The notes beneath the pieces are model-generated. The model made no database searches. It was not told the DNA's origin and worked only from the letters and a program-made list of their open reading frames with translations. Position numbers and translations under genes: made by a program. This document shows positions 31,300-45,872 of a DNA stretch of 64,000 nucleotides, in pieces (positions within the stretch are counted from its first letter, which is position 1; each line of letters starts with the position of its first letter). Origin of the DNA: the human T2T-CHM13v2.0 reference genome, Homo sapiens; assembly GCF_009914755.1 (NCBI RefSeq), contig NC_060932.1; one strand, given 5' to 3'.

Positions 31300-33274
31300 G
31301 TGTTCTAATACATATAGAAGGCAGAAGGGAGATACGAAAATCAAGTATCGTTAATGCAGGCAAGATCTATTGATAGATGCTAATGTGAGTAAACAGAAGT
31401 TTGAGGAGAAGCAAGATATTTGAGTAGTCTGAAAGTATCTATCTCAAGACATTTATTAATTATACAAGGACAAAAACAGTAACTTTATAGTAGAGAAATG
31501 TAGCCAACAAAACTGTAAGGAAGTAATGATGCTTAACAACACTAGTAATAAAACATGTATATTTTGTAAGTCCTAATATGATACACTGAAAAGGGAACAC
31601 TACTATGGTATTCTCACATCCTCACCCCAACCATAAGTAAATAAATAAAAGCAAGGAACATAAACGCAATATAATCAAAAGAAAACATCAGAGAACCCCA
31701 AATTGAGAGACATATTTTACAAAATAACTAAACAGTATTCCTAAAATGAGTCAAGCCATAAAAAGACAAGAAAAAACTGGAGATTATGCCATAAATTGCA
31801 GAAGACTGAGACACAACTAAACAGAACATGGGGTATGGATTTATATCCTGGTGAAAAAAGAGACCTTAGTGGGTTAAGTGAAATTCAAATAAGGCATGTC
31901 ACTTGGTCAACAGCATAGTACCTATTTAATTTTGCTAAATGTATTTTGATTATGTAAACTGCTACCATTAGGAGCAGCTAGGTGAAGTGTATACATGAAT
32001 TCTCTTTGCTAACTTTGCAACTTTTCTGTAAATATAAAATTATTTCAAAATAATAAACAAAAATATGAGGTACTTTTTACTACACATTTTGACAATTTAA
32101 AAGTTAAGCAAATAAAAGGGAATGAAAACTGTCCAAGCTAAAAGAGTTATTCATCCATGATTGAAAACTCAAAAGCCTAAATTCAGAAACCACTGTCCTA
32201 AAACATTCACACGATATTTAGGATAATGAAGGCATTTATCAATTAAATTTATCAATATACAAGAAATTGTATATTAACTGGAGAGCAGTTTTCACTGGGT
32301 GTCAGTGCTCACTTGCAGGGTATGGAAAGGCAGTGGGACGATTTGTGGTGCCCCAAAATTACTTTAAACATTGACAGTGGGAGAGGGTCAGGCATGCAAA
32401 TAGCTCTTCAGGGCATAGAAAGATGTGCATAATAACAAGAAATGTATCTAAAGACCAATTGCGTAATCACCAACTGAGAAATACCAAAGAACAGAGAGAC
32501 GAATTCCAAATCCAAAGAAGTAGATTTTGTCCCTGCTTTGCCTTGTGTATTAGATCAAGAAAGACAAGTTTGTGTAGTGTTTCAAAAGGTACAATAGCAA
32601 GATGCCTAACTTTAGAGCTAATTGTCAGATGCTAAAGTTGGGAGTCTAAAATTTGTATTCAATTTAGATACTTGTTTGAGACAGTATTGTTAATTATTTT
32701 ATTTTAATTATTCCTTAATATTTAATAAAATGATAGCTGATACTTTCATTTGGCCCATATTCTCCTGTTAAAATCAGACATCTATAACTGAATCAGATCC
32801 TGAACCTAGATTTTGATTATTTAATCTGAATATGTTTCCCATAGGAAAATGTTACTTTTTCTTCTCATCCCATAGCACTTGGAGAAAGCACCACACCACC
32901 CTGAGAAAAGATATGAAAAGGAATTCAGGGTGCCTTGGTGATTCAGAATGCTAACTTCATCCAATCAGGTTCCTTCGCAGGGCTGCTGTCTGTAGGATTC
33001 TCTGTCAGCTCCCATCAAAAGCATCTCCTACATTCCTTGTAGACACTTCCCTCAATAGTGATAACTTGTTTTGGCAGTAGTCCTATGAACAGCTAGTCCC
33101 ACAGGAAATATCCTCTTCAACTGAAATGGCTTCTATTCAGAACAACTCTTAGTTTTAGCATTCTGTTCTATACACAATGAATATAGCTTACCCCAGTTAT
33201 CACTCCAACCAACATTGCAATATCCCCAATGTCTCTCACCTCCTTACACATGTGTAATTTCTTTCACAGTTAAC

Positions 33275-33413
33275 ACTTGCTGCTCAAAATGGGTACTGTA
33301 GAGCCTTTTAGAAATGCAGAATCTCAGGCTCTATACTAGACCTACTGAATTAGAGACTGCACTTTAACAAAATCTCCAGGTGATTGATTTGACCATTAGC
33401 TTGACATGCACTG
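33275..33413. mobile_element. MER5A/B hAT MITE
   Basis: agaaatgcagaatctcagg...agacctactgaattaga...ctgcactttaacaa...ccaggtgatt. Confidence 0.7.
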
Positions 33414-34189
33414 ACCTAGACGAATCAGTATGGCAGTTTCAGTACCATATTTAAAGGCCAGCTCATATCCCTGAGGAGTTTTTCAGTGACAGCCTGCTGC
33501 AAAACTCTTCTACAAACCATGCAGAAAGACTTTAGACTAGCAAGATATTCAACGCAAAGTCCTACAAAAATAACTTACATGTCATTTAAAAAATTGCTTT
33601 TTAGGCCATTATAAAAATATTTATGATTTCACTTCTTATAAAAAAATTCTGAAAGCTGCCATCACAAAACGTAGTTGCTTGCAGTACACTCTAAGCTCTT
33701 TCAGGACCAATGCACAGGAGTTATTGAGACAGCTGGACATAACATATTGATTTGGGAATACTGTCAAAGATGTTGTTATATAATGCTTCCACTTTCTGAA
33801 AACGTTTTAATACTTAGTAGGCATTTGGAAAAGACTTTCAAAAATTTACCTCATTCAATTATTAATTATTTAATATATACAACAGATTTACTTCCAGGCA
33901 GCCATACTTTTATTATCTCCTTAAAATATCGTTCTATATTATCCAGAATAATTGACTCTTCTCATAGACATGTTTTAAATATTTAACATTGTGACACTCA
34001 ATTGCACTCTATCCAATTGGAATAATAATTAGGATTTGACATTAAGGAATTTGCACTTTTGTGAAGAAGACCTAAATATAAGCAACTAACTATACTAAAT
34101 GGAAAAAACATATAGAGGTGCAAGAAAAAAAAATGGAACACACAGGTATTTATGCATTTACAAAAATTCCATGTAATTTGTGTTCCTTT

Positions 34190-37100
34190 TTATTATTTTA
34201 GTAAAATTTACTATCTTAAATATTTTTAACCATACTATTTAGTGTTGTTTAGTACACTCATACGGTTGTGCTACTATCATTATCGTTTGTCTCTATAAGT
34301 CTTTTCATCTTGCATAACTAAAACTATACCCATTATAAAACTATGCCTCATTCGACCCAATTTTTTGACAACATTCATCTTTCTGTACCAGTTTTTAAAA
34401 ATTCTGTATTCTATTCCATTGGTCTATGTGCCTATTTTTGCCAGTACCACACTATTGATTACTGTAGCTTTAAAGTAAGTTTTGAAACCGGGAAGTATGA
34501 ACGCTTCCACTTTGTTCTTCTTTTTCAAGCTTGATTGTGCTCTTTGGGGTCCCAGGACATTCTATATAAATTTTAGGATTTTGTTTTCTATTTATGCAAG
34601 AAAAAGTCATTGGGATTTGGATAAGGATCGCATTGAATCTGTAGATCATTTGGGGTAATACTGTCATCTTAACAATATTAAACCTTCCAATCCATGGGCA
34701 TAGAATGTCTTTTAAGAATTTTTTTTTTTTGAGTTTTCTTTCATTGTACAAATGTATCACCTCCTTGGTTAATTTCTATTTCATTATTTCTGATGCTATT
34801 GTAAACTGAATTGCTTTTGTAACTTTCTTTTCAAATGGTTTATTTTTAATGTATAAAATACAACTGATTTTTTGTGTTGACTAATATTCTGCTACTTTGC
34901 TGAATAGGTTTATTAATCTTAACCATATTTTTGTGGAATCTTTAGGGCTTTCTATATTTAAGATCATATTATCTGCAAAAAGATAATTTTGTTTCTTCCT
35001 TTCCAATTTGTCATTTATTTTTACATATTTCTCTCGTTAGAATTTCTAATATTATGTTGAATAATATTAGAATGGAATCTCATGAGAGCTCAAATAGCCA
35101 AAAAACAGCTTGAAAAAGAAGAACAAACTGGGAGGGCTCACACTTTCTGATTTTAAAACTTATTATAAAGATACAGTAATCAATAGTGTAGTACTGGAAT
35201 AAACACAGGCATGTAGACCAATGGAAAAGAATACGAAGTTTTTAACAAGTGGTGTAAAAAAAAAAAAAACCCTGGATATCCACATGCAAAAGAATGAAGT
35301 TGAACCCTTACTTAATACCATATATAACAAAATTAACTAAAAATTAATCAAAGACCCAAATATGAAATCTAAAACTATAAAATTTTTTTAAGGAAACATT
35401 GGGCAAAAACTTCATGACACTGGATTTGGTAATGATTTCTTGAATATGATACTAAAGGCACAGACAACAAAACAAAACACAGACAAACCGTATTTTGTGA
35501 AAATATTTTCAAAAATGTGTAACAAAAGGCACTATCAGGTCTTGTTCTTGACCTAAAAGTAAAAGCATTTAGTCTTCAACCATTAAATTGATGTTTGCTG
35601 TTTTTCTAGACAGCTTTTATTATGTTAAGGAAGTTTCCCTCTACTCTTAGTTTTTTGAGTTTTTTATTATGACAGTGTGTTAAGTCTTGCCAAATGTTTG
35701 TTTGTTTCTGCATCAGTTGAGATGATCATGTGTTTTTCTGCCTTCATTCTCTTTAGGTGGTGTGTTACCTTGATTGACTTTTATGTGTTGAAACATCCTT
35801 GCATCCAGGAATAAATCTTATTGGCCATGGTTTGTAACCTTTTTAATATACTTTTTAATTCACTTTGCTAGTATTTTGTTGTGGAGCTTTGTATCAATGT
35901 TCATAAGGAATACTTGTCTCTAGTTTTTGTATCTTGTATTTTTGTCTTGCTTTGCTATCTGGGTAATGCTTACCACATAGGCTGATGTAGGAAGGTTTCC
36001 CTCCTCTTCGACATTTGTTAAAGTTTGAGAAGAATTGATGTTAGTTATTCTTTAAATTTTGGGTAGAATCCACTGGTGAAGCCATCAAATCTGGGGCTTT
36101 TCTTTGTCAGGAGATTTTTTTTTGGTTACTAACTCAATCTTCTTATCATTTATAGGTCTATTCAAATTTTCTATTTCTTTGTGATTTTGTCTTTCTATGA
36201 AGTTGTCCATTTCATTAAGGTTATCCAATTTTTAGTTCACAGTTGCATGTAGGACTCTTATAATCCTTTTTATAACTGTAGAATGGGTAGTACTGTCTCC
36301 ACCCTCAATTCTGATTTTGGAAATTTGAGTGGTATTTTTTTTTTTTTTTTTAGTTCATCTAGCTGTTTGCCAGTTGTGTTGATCTTTTCAAAGAACCTAA
36401 TTTGTATGTTGATTTTCTTTATTTTTTATTCTTTATTTTGTTTATCTCTGCTTTAGTCTTTATGATTTCTTCCCTTCTGTTACTTTTGGGTTTAGTTTGT
36501 TCTTCTTTTTATCATTCTTTAAGTTATAAAGTTTGTTTATTGACTTGAAACATATTTTGTCTTTTAAACATTTATAACTATAAATACGCCATGTAACACT
36601 GATTTTGGTGTATTCTTTAAGTTTTGCTATATTTCTATTTCCATTCACCTCTAAATATTTTTATATCCCTTGTGATTTTATCTTTTGATCATTGGTTGTT
36701 CAGAGTTTTTTAATTTCCATAAATATGTGAATTTTCCTGTTTCTCTTCTGTTATTGATTCCTAATTTAATGCCATTGTGGTTGGATAACACACTTTTTAT
36801 GGTATCTATATTTTAAAATATGCCAATACTTAATCTGTGGGCAAACATATGGTCTATCCTTGAAAAAGCCCCATGTACCCTTGAGAAGAATATGTATTCT
36901 GCTTTTGTTCAGTAGAGTGTTCCATATATCTCTATTATATCCAGTTTATTGCATTGTTCATGTCCCCTAATTCCTTACTTCTGATGTTTCTCCCTATTAT
37001 TGAAAGTAGAGTACTGAATCTTCACCTATTTTTGTACAACTGTCTGTTTGCCCCTTCAGTCCTGTCAACTTTTGCCTCATATGTTTTGATGTTCTGCTAT

Positions 37101-39592
37101 TAGGTACATAAATGTTTATAGTTATTAAATATTTTTCCAGTATTGGACATTTTAGTAGTATATAATGTCCTTTTCTTGTGGAACCTTTTCTTAAGAATCT
37201 ATTTTGTCTGATATTAGTTTAACTATCCGTGGTATTATTTGCATGGAATATTATTTTCCACCTTTCACTTTCAATCTATTTGTGTCTTTGGATAAAGAGG
37301 GAGTCTCCTGTACAGTTGCATCATTTTTAATCCATGTACATTTAAGTAATTACTGATAAGAAAGGATTAATTTCTAACTTCTGTGATTTTCTTTTCTATA
37401 TGCCTTGTAGCTTTTGGGTCTTTTCTTTCTTGTATTACTCTATCTTTTATGTTGATTTTCTGAAGGAAGACATTTAAATTCATATCTCATTTTCTTTCAT
37501 GTACATTATTTAGCCATTTTCTTTGTGGTTGCCATGGGGATTATATTTAACATCTTAAAGTTATAGCACTTTAATTTGAATTTATATCAGCTTAACTTCA
37601 GTAACGTAGAAAACTCTGCTCTTTTGATGCCTCTGTCTCCAATTATTTCAGTTGTTGATGACACAGAATTATATCTCTATACACTGTATATCCAAAAACA
37701 TAAATGATTTTTAATACATTAGTCTCTTATGAGGAAAACAAAATGTAAGTTACAACACTAAGTTACAATAACACCAGCTTTAGACTAATAAGTTTTTAAT
37801 GTATTTTTCTCTTAAATCATGTACAAAACAAACAGTAGAGTTATAAAATATTGTTAAAATAATACTAGCTTTCATAATTGCTCACAGTTTATCTTTACTG
37901 ATATCTTTATCTCTTCATACGGCTATAAGTTACTGTCCAGTTTTCTTTTATTCCACCCTGATAGAATCCCTTGAGCATTTCCTGCAGAGCAGGCCTAGTG
38001 GTAATAAACTTATTCACCTTATTCAGCTTTTCTTTATCCGAGAATGTCTTAATTTCTCCTTGACTATCAATGGACAGTTTGTTGGATAAAGGATTCTTGG
38101 TTGCCAGTTTTTTTGTTTGTTTGCTACTTTAAATATATCTGCTCAATGCGTTGTGGTTTCCAAAGTTTCTGAAGAGAAATCTTCTGTAATGTTATTGAGC
38201 ATCCTTTGCATGTGAAGAGTCACTTGTCTTTTGGCTTCCAATAGTCTCTCTTTGTCTTTGTCTTCCAAAGGTCTAGATTATAACATGTATTGAAGTGAGA
38301 GTCTTTTAGTTTATTATACTTGGAGCCACTGAGCTCCTTGGATCTTTATACTCTTGAAAATTCAGTGTCATTATTTCCTTAAACATAATTTCTGTCCACT
38401 GTATCCCTCTTCATCTGGGACTCTCACAGTGCATATATTGCTCTGCTTGATGGTTTCCCTCATGTTCCTTAAATTTTTTTCACTTAACCTCCATCTTTTT
38501 TCTTTCTATTCCTCAGACTCAATAATTTCCACTGTCCTGTCTTCTAGTTTGTGGAATTTTTTACTCTGCCTGCTCAAGTCTGCTTTTAAAATCCTCTAAT
38601 AACTTTTTGTTCCAGTTACCGTAGTTTTCAACTCTAAAATACCTTTTGATTTCTTTTAGGTTTCTATATTTTATTAATATTTTCATTTTGTTTATACATT
38701 GTTTTCTTGATTTTCTCTATGTCTTCCTTTAATACTCTGAGCATCTTGAAGACCAGTGTATTAAAATCTTTGTCTCATGGATCTGTCATCAGATTGTTTT
38801 CAAGAACAGTTTTTTTTATTTGTTCTTCTGAATAGGTCATATATTTCTGTTTTTCTGCATCCCTTTAGATTCTCCTCACTTCCTCGGGTTTTACTGGTTT
38901 TTGTTTTTGCTTATTTATTTATTTATTTTTAATTCTTATAGACTCTTCCCTTTTAGTGAATTAGTCTTGAGGTGTAAACTTAATGTTTTCAGAAGTCATT
39001 TCTGAAACTGTGACTTCTCCTGGACATTCATAATAACTTTGTAATTTTTCCCATATTTGAGGTTGCTTCTGAAGATGCTAGTCTTTAATACCTGGATTCC
39101 AAAAGTTTAAAAAAAGAGAAAAATAAGTGGTGGGGCACTGGCCCTTTTAATTCCGTGAAAGTCACTTCAGCTAGTGGGGAAGAGCTTTCAACAATGGGGG
39201 CAAGTGCAAAAACAATGGCCATTGTCTCTTTATCTGTACTTCTATAATCAGAAGCAATAATCACCAATCTGAGCACAAATCTCTTATATTTGGAGGACAG
39301 AATCCTTTTTGCCACTCTGGTTCCCTAAAACTGTGTGCAAACTGCTTCAGGAACATACAGGTGCCTGTCATGTGTTGAGGGCTCTGAGATGGGTAGTTGC
39401 TACTGTGCTACGAGGAGCAATCGACTGAAATTAACTACAATTTACCATCCAAACCTTGTTCCAGAAATTGCAAGTCTTTAATAGACATCAGAATTCCAAA
39501 GTAGTAACAGATTCTGACAGTGTAATTATTCTCTAGTTCTGAAGGCATATTTTCGGTCCTTCCTACACTTCCATCTTTCCAGAATCCTCCTC
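34190..39592 (-). mobile_element. Near-full-length old L1 (L1MB-like) with internal deletions
   Basis: 3' end at ~34190-34345, ORF2 (ORF 34470-34760: [15 protein letters not shown]), ORF1-like region, 5' end reading gaggaggattctggaaagatgg on the minus strand. Confidence 0.8.
35071..35537 (+). mobile_element. Inverted L1 ORF2 fragment embedded in the antisense L1, copied from the host
   Basis: Sense ORF2 piece without tail or TSD; shares an ~80-bp deletion with host 34385-34570. Confidence 0.85.
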
Positions 39593-40739
39593 ATGTGCTT
39601 GCTTATGATATATAACACTCCTAGAGCAAGTTACATCATATTGTAATAGTATTTAAATAGGCTTTTGATGAAAATGACATCTTCTTAAATCAGATCCTAC
39701 TGATGCAAAGTCATTCTCTGAGAGTAAACTGCACACATGCTAAAGATTATGTAATTCCCTTTTCTGGAAAATGTAAAACATACTTAAATATTATTTTGAA
39801 ACAAATAATATATTAGAACACAAATAATTTAATATTGACCATTTAATATGGGTCAAATTAGTTCCTAAGTGTTAATAAAAAATGTATGGCAAAGAAATGC
39901 TAAACATACTTAATTCACAACACATTTTCAGTTACATTTTTTCAAAGAGGTGGCACATCGCTTATGAGTTTGGGTTTAATGATCATTCCAGTTCCATCAC
40001 TTTCTAGCTACATTACTTTACATAAGTTGTAATGTGATTTTGATTGAGTTCATCAGCATAATACAGATAGAATGATATATATAGATTGGGTGATAGGCAT
40101 CAGCAGTAATCTATTTCATTCACTAGATCCTTCAAATAAATTAGAACAAAAACCATATGAAAATGACTACCCTTATCTTTAGAGCACAAGCATAAAGAAG
40201 TAAACTTTTATGATATGGCTAATATCAATTTATTTTAAATATCTTGCTCTAATAATAAGATGTTACCTTTCAGGAATTATTTTGCACTCTCAAAATTTTT
40301 ATTCAATGCCTCTTTTTAAAATGGCTTATAGCTGTTTCATACATGTCTGATCTTATCTTCTAGTTTATTAGATCTTGAGAGCAAAGGTGGTGCCTCATCT
40401 AACTCCACAATATTGAATGTGCAGCAAATAATTGACTTAACGTATTTAAATTTTGAGTTAAATGAGGATTTAAATAATTATCCATTTTATCTTTCTAATG
40501 CCACAGATAAACCGTAGACACTAACACCTTAAGTAATTTATTCAAGTTCATGCAAATTTTTAGAGAAAAACATAAAAATCAGTTTCTCCTAGACTTTCAA
40601 TTCAGTAACTCTCCATAAAATTAGCCTGATGATTTTCAAAGTACATTGAAATATAACAAGCTTATTGTGCCCAAGTAACCTCAGATAAATCAAGCTGCCC
40701 ATCATCTAACAAATAATGAATATAAAGTAATAAATTGCA

Positions 40740-42225
40740 TTATGCTTAACATGTATTAGGCCTCATGTATACACTAACTTTACATACATTCCATTGCCAT
40801 CCTAATTGAATCTACTGTTATCCTGCCTTGTTTCCACTATAATAACCTACTCACTTGTCCTCTTGCCTCCTCTTGGCCTGTTTCTTTCTAATTAGTTCTC
40901 CATGCCACAACCAAAATGGATTATTTCAAAATGAAAATCCAGCAAGTCACCACCACCACTTTTCCTACCCCTCCACCTTTTGCTTCAATGGTGCCCTATC
41001 ATTTCTAAGGAAAAACATGGCTTTTAAACATCCTTATGACAGATTTTAAATTTCACCATCTTACTACTACCTATACAGAAAGACAACCTCAGCATCATTG
41101 ACATGTTGGGCTGGATAATTCTTTGTTGTGAAGGGTTTTTGCATTTTCCTATTTAACTTTTACTTTCTTCAGATATGACCTTAAATACAGCTTGCTCTGG
41201 AGATCTCAGTCTGGTCTACTCGTTGTCTCAAATCCAATCCCTCTCACATATGCATGGAACATACCAGGAATCTCTCCTTCATAGCATATGTCATAATTGT
41301 AAATCTATATTTGTGTGATTATCTGATAAATGATTGTCTCCATGAGTGTGGCATTATAAAATGCATTTGTCCCCATTTCCTGGCATACAACTCCTAAAAT
41401 CCTTGGAATCTTTGAAGTGGTGTCTCTTTGTACGCTACTGATGGAATGATGACCAGTATCCCTTAGGTAGCTTCAGGATGGGACTTGTCACCAGAAAGAC
41501 CAAGGCATGATTAGAGGGTTAGAACTTTCAACCTCACCCCTGGCTTTCAGGGAGGAGATATTGGCTAAAGGTTAAGTTAACGGCCAATGGCTGATGGTTT
41601 AATCAATCGTGTCTACATAATAAAGCCCTTATAAAAACCCAGAAAGAATGTCTTAGGAGAGCTTCTGAAGAGCTGAACACATGGAGGTTCCTAGAGAGGG
41701 CATGGAAGCTCTGTGCCCCTTCCCATATATCTTGTCCTGTGAATTTATCTAATTCTTTTGTAATATCCTTTATAATAAACCAGTAAATGTGTTTATCTGA
41801 GTTCTGTGATCCACTCCAGCAAGTTAATTGAACCCAAAGATGGGTTGATGGGAACCCCAGCTTGAAGCTGGGTTGGTCAGAAGTTCTAGATGTCTGGACT
41901 GATGTCTGGCATCTGAAGCAGTGCAGTCTTGAAGACTGAGCACTCAATCTGTGAGGTCTGATGCTGTCTCCAGGTAGACAGCATCAGAACTGAATTAAAA
42001 GACAACTGGTGTCCACTACTTTATATGTGGGAAAAACTTCTCGCAACGTTTGGTAACAGAAATCTATGCTAATTTTTGTGTAAGAAAATAGAAAAAAAAA
42101 TGCTGAGTTTTGCTTTTTCTGCACACAATGAGGTTATTTCTTTGTTTTCTCCTCACTCTTTTATAATCTCCAGTGCCTGGTCAATTTGTTGGCACATAGT
42201 AGCACTTAATACGTGTAGTAAGAAT
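40740..42225 (+). mobile_element. L2 3' fragments (with a MER20 fragment at ~41085-41145), split by MER21
   Basis: L2 end ctccagtgcctgg...ggcacatagtagcacttaata; MER20 motif aacctcagcatcattgacat...ggataattctttgttgt. Confidence 0.5.
41347..42127 (+). mobile_element. MER21 (B/C) solo LTR
   Basis: TG...CA termini, perfect 5-bp TSD ATGAG, gtcaccagaaagaccaaggcatgattagagggtt motif. Confidence 0.88.
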
Positions 42226-42239
42226 TAAGAGATATAATT

Positions 42240-42400
42240 TATTCATCTCTATGAGGTAGATGCTATTATTAATTTCATTTTAATTAGGAAGGAACAAATT
42301 CTTATAAATGTTGCAAAATTTGTCAAAAGTCACAACTTAAAAAAATAGCACAGCAAGAATTAAAGTTATTTAATTCCAGACCCAATATTCCTAACCCCAG
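42240..42400 (-). mobile_element. MIR fragment
   Basis: ctctatgaggtagatgctattatt...cattt...aagtcacaac. Confidence 0.45.
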
Positions 42401-45400
42401 TTTTCTTGGAGAATTGCTTGAAAAAATCATGTTTAGGAAATGATTTTTATCCATTTATTTTCTGTCCAAGTTTATTTCTGAGCACACAATAAAGACTAAC
42501 TATATGACGGTTGGAGATAATCAGTAATTAAACTAAGAACCTTTCTGATGCAGAACGGAGATGAATACATAAAGGTATGTATAAAAAGTGCCAAATGTAT
42601 GAAATCACTCTCTTGGAAAGACCTCAAAAGAAAGTCATTCGAACTCGAGTTCCTAGAAAAGATTGCTTTGCCATAGTCCTCCACTGATATCAAAATAGGC
42701 AGTTCTTTGTGTATTTAGACACTGGCACTGAGACACAATAAGTCGTGTTAACAATTTTACTTGCTTATCAGATCTTTAGTAAGCTTGGCCCCAGGCACAA
42801 TCATCACTTCATCAGTACCAGTAAGAGGCGCTACCCTAAGTTAACTGAAGGAGTGCCATCAGGAAAACCTGCTTTCATTTATTTGAATACTTTGGAAAAA
42901 AACACATTCTCAGCCAGACACTTTAATTACATCTAATTAATGTTATTTTTTCTAATGCTTGCCTTTAAAAACTCAATGTTTTATAACTTGGGCTTTCTTC
43001 CTAAATGTAACATTGACTAAAGCATGGCAATTTAATATTTGTCAAAACTACTAAATGGTTCAGAATATAGACAATCTGTGTCATTGTAGAATGTTATTGT
43101 TTGACTCATGTAGTGTACTCATTATCACATAATAGTGAATAATTTGCAGTGCTGAAAAATACATTAATTAGCGTATGCTTATAAATCATACTTATAGAAA
43201 TAGTACTATTGTACTAAAGATGCTCATTAAACACCTGTAATATGTATGCCACTTTTCTGATAACAGCCACACATACCATTCCAATGATATATTTTATATA
43301 TATATGAATGATACAACATCCAATTATTCTGATGACATATACAAGGAAGACATAGTCTCTGGGTTGAGTTTCTCAGTGGAGACTGTGTTCCCCCATATGA
43401 ATTTCCTCAAATAAGGATTCCTTTTGCTAAGAAATTATTCAACGTATCCTATAATTATTACCAACTCCCTGGAAAAGTAATTTACCACAAATGTCACATC
43501 AGCTACATAAATCTGAAAGCCAATTTAATATTTACTAAATATTATGAAGCTATTCAATAAATAAAAATAATAATTTCCGTGCCCATTTAACAGCACTGAA
43601 TTTAAGAAATCACTCCAAGTGTTAATTTAAACATGAAATACATATCTGCCAATAATTGCTATTATGACGATTCTAAATAAATGAATAGATTCACTTCTCA
43701 GGCATTTTACTAAGGGTTCCAATGAATATCGTATCTATGTCAAAGAAATAATGACAAATAAATACATCATCATCTGAGATACTGAGACATACCCACAGTT
43801 ATATAAGCTGAATTTCCGAATCTCATTTGTTTACCTCTGTGGCAGTTAATAAATAATAATAAAATCTTTTATTATTTCTCCTGTATCTGTAAGACTGTTC
43901 CTACCAAACTACATTTCTCAAATAAGAAATTTGCTTCTCTGGTTTTTGCAATTCAGCATTTGATCATAGGTCTTACTATATGAATTTTAAGAGTTCCAAT
44001 TGTAATTTTAGAAGTGACCTTTAGTTGGTTTGTGCAGCTTAAATTGTGAATTAAATTCTCAGTAATCTTTTTGAAATGATGGAAAAACATGAATCTTGTT
44101 TAATATCTTTATTTAAAGGTAAATAAGGTTTAATTAAAGGCTTATATTTTATTTAAGAAAGCTGTTTGTTCATGGTTTTAACTAGATTGAAAGCCAGAGA
44201 GGTATTTACCCAATCAATACCTCTGCAGTACCATTCACAGACCTACCATACCATTGTCTTTGAGTCTGAATAGTGGTGAGTTGATGAACTCAAGGCTTGA
44301 TATTTATATATTCACTTTGTACTTACTTTTATCACTTAGAATGTGATACTTTTAACACACAGAAAGACCCAAAGTAGTTTCATGATAATTATCCCAACCA
44401 TATACTGGGATATCATTACATTATAAGAAAACTCAATATTGATGTTTAAGCGTGCAGTGGTAAATGTTTTCCCATATTGCAAGGATCCTCTTCCATTCTA
44501 CTGGTCTCAAAAGGCAACATGTATTGCCCTATTTAACTGGGAGAAGGAATATATCAGTATTAAAATGTTCCTCCTGTATACATTCAAACTTTATTCTATA
44601 CAAATTTGTTTGTGTATGTAGAATAGTTTAAAAACTAATATTGTACCTATAAATAACTCTTTATAAAAATGTTTAGTTTTTATTTCAAAAACAAAAAAAG
44701 GTTATATTATCAATGCTAAGTTATCCCTGAAGACAATTTAACAAATAGTTCTCACCTTAAACCACAAAAGTTACCCCCATCTTCTTGTGCAGTTTTTCAA
44801 GAACTGCAAGACCCGGTTGGTGTTAACTGATGGTGAAGTGGTAATCCAAGAGTCTTTGTAAAATATAAATAGTATTTTACATTTCATGGGTCTTGCTAAT
44901 TCTGAATGATACCTAGGAGAAATGCTCAGTTAAAATAAATAACTAACTGGGTCACTGAACATTAAAGAGGCAATTTAGAATGAATTAAAATCTATAATAA
45001 AATTCACACCTGTTCCCATACTTATTAAAATGTATTACAAAGGTTTATGAAGTACTCTCTTTATGTATTAGAGAAACAGATAAAATCATATTTTACTAAG
45101 GTAAAATAGTTTAAAATTGTAACTATTTTCACATTTCATTTTTATGTATAAGATTATTAAGAATAAGAAAAGCTTTCTCCTCCATACGCTGTTGCATTCA
45201 GATTAAACCAAAGTTCTTTAATTTTGTTATCACATTATACATATGAAATAACTTCATTAAAATATCATGAATTTTTCACCATCAACCCTAGAATAAATAT
45301 TAGGCAAGAAAGTATACATAACATTAAAAAATGAATTCAATACATCAACAAATGTTTCTACCAAAAACTAAAATATCAATTTTGACCCAGAATTGTCAAC

Positions 45401-45504
45401 TACATAGGTGTTAGTGATAGGTATTAGTGAAAACATGTGGTGAAAATTCACAAATGAATAGAACTGAAATCTTATATGTCAACAGAAGTAAAAAATGAAA
45501 AAGC

Positions 45505-45872
<368 letters not shown>

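Noticed and set aside
39835-39856. ttgacc...ggtcaa inverted repeat as a nuclear-receptor element or hairpin
   Set aside because: Short imperfect stem expected by chance.
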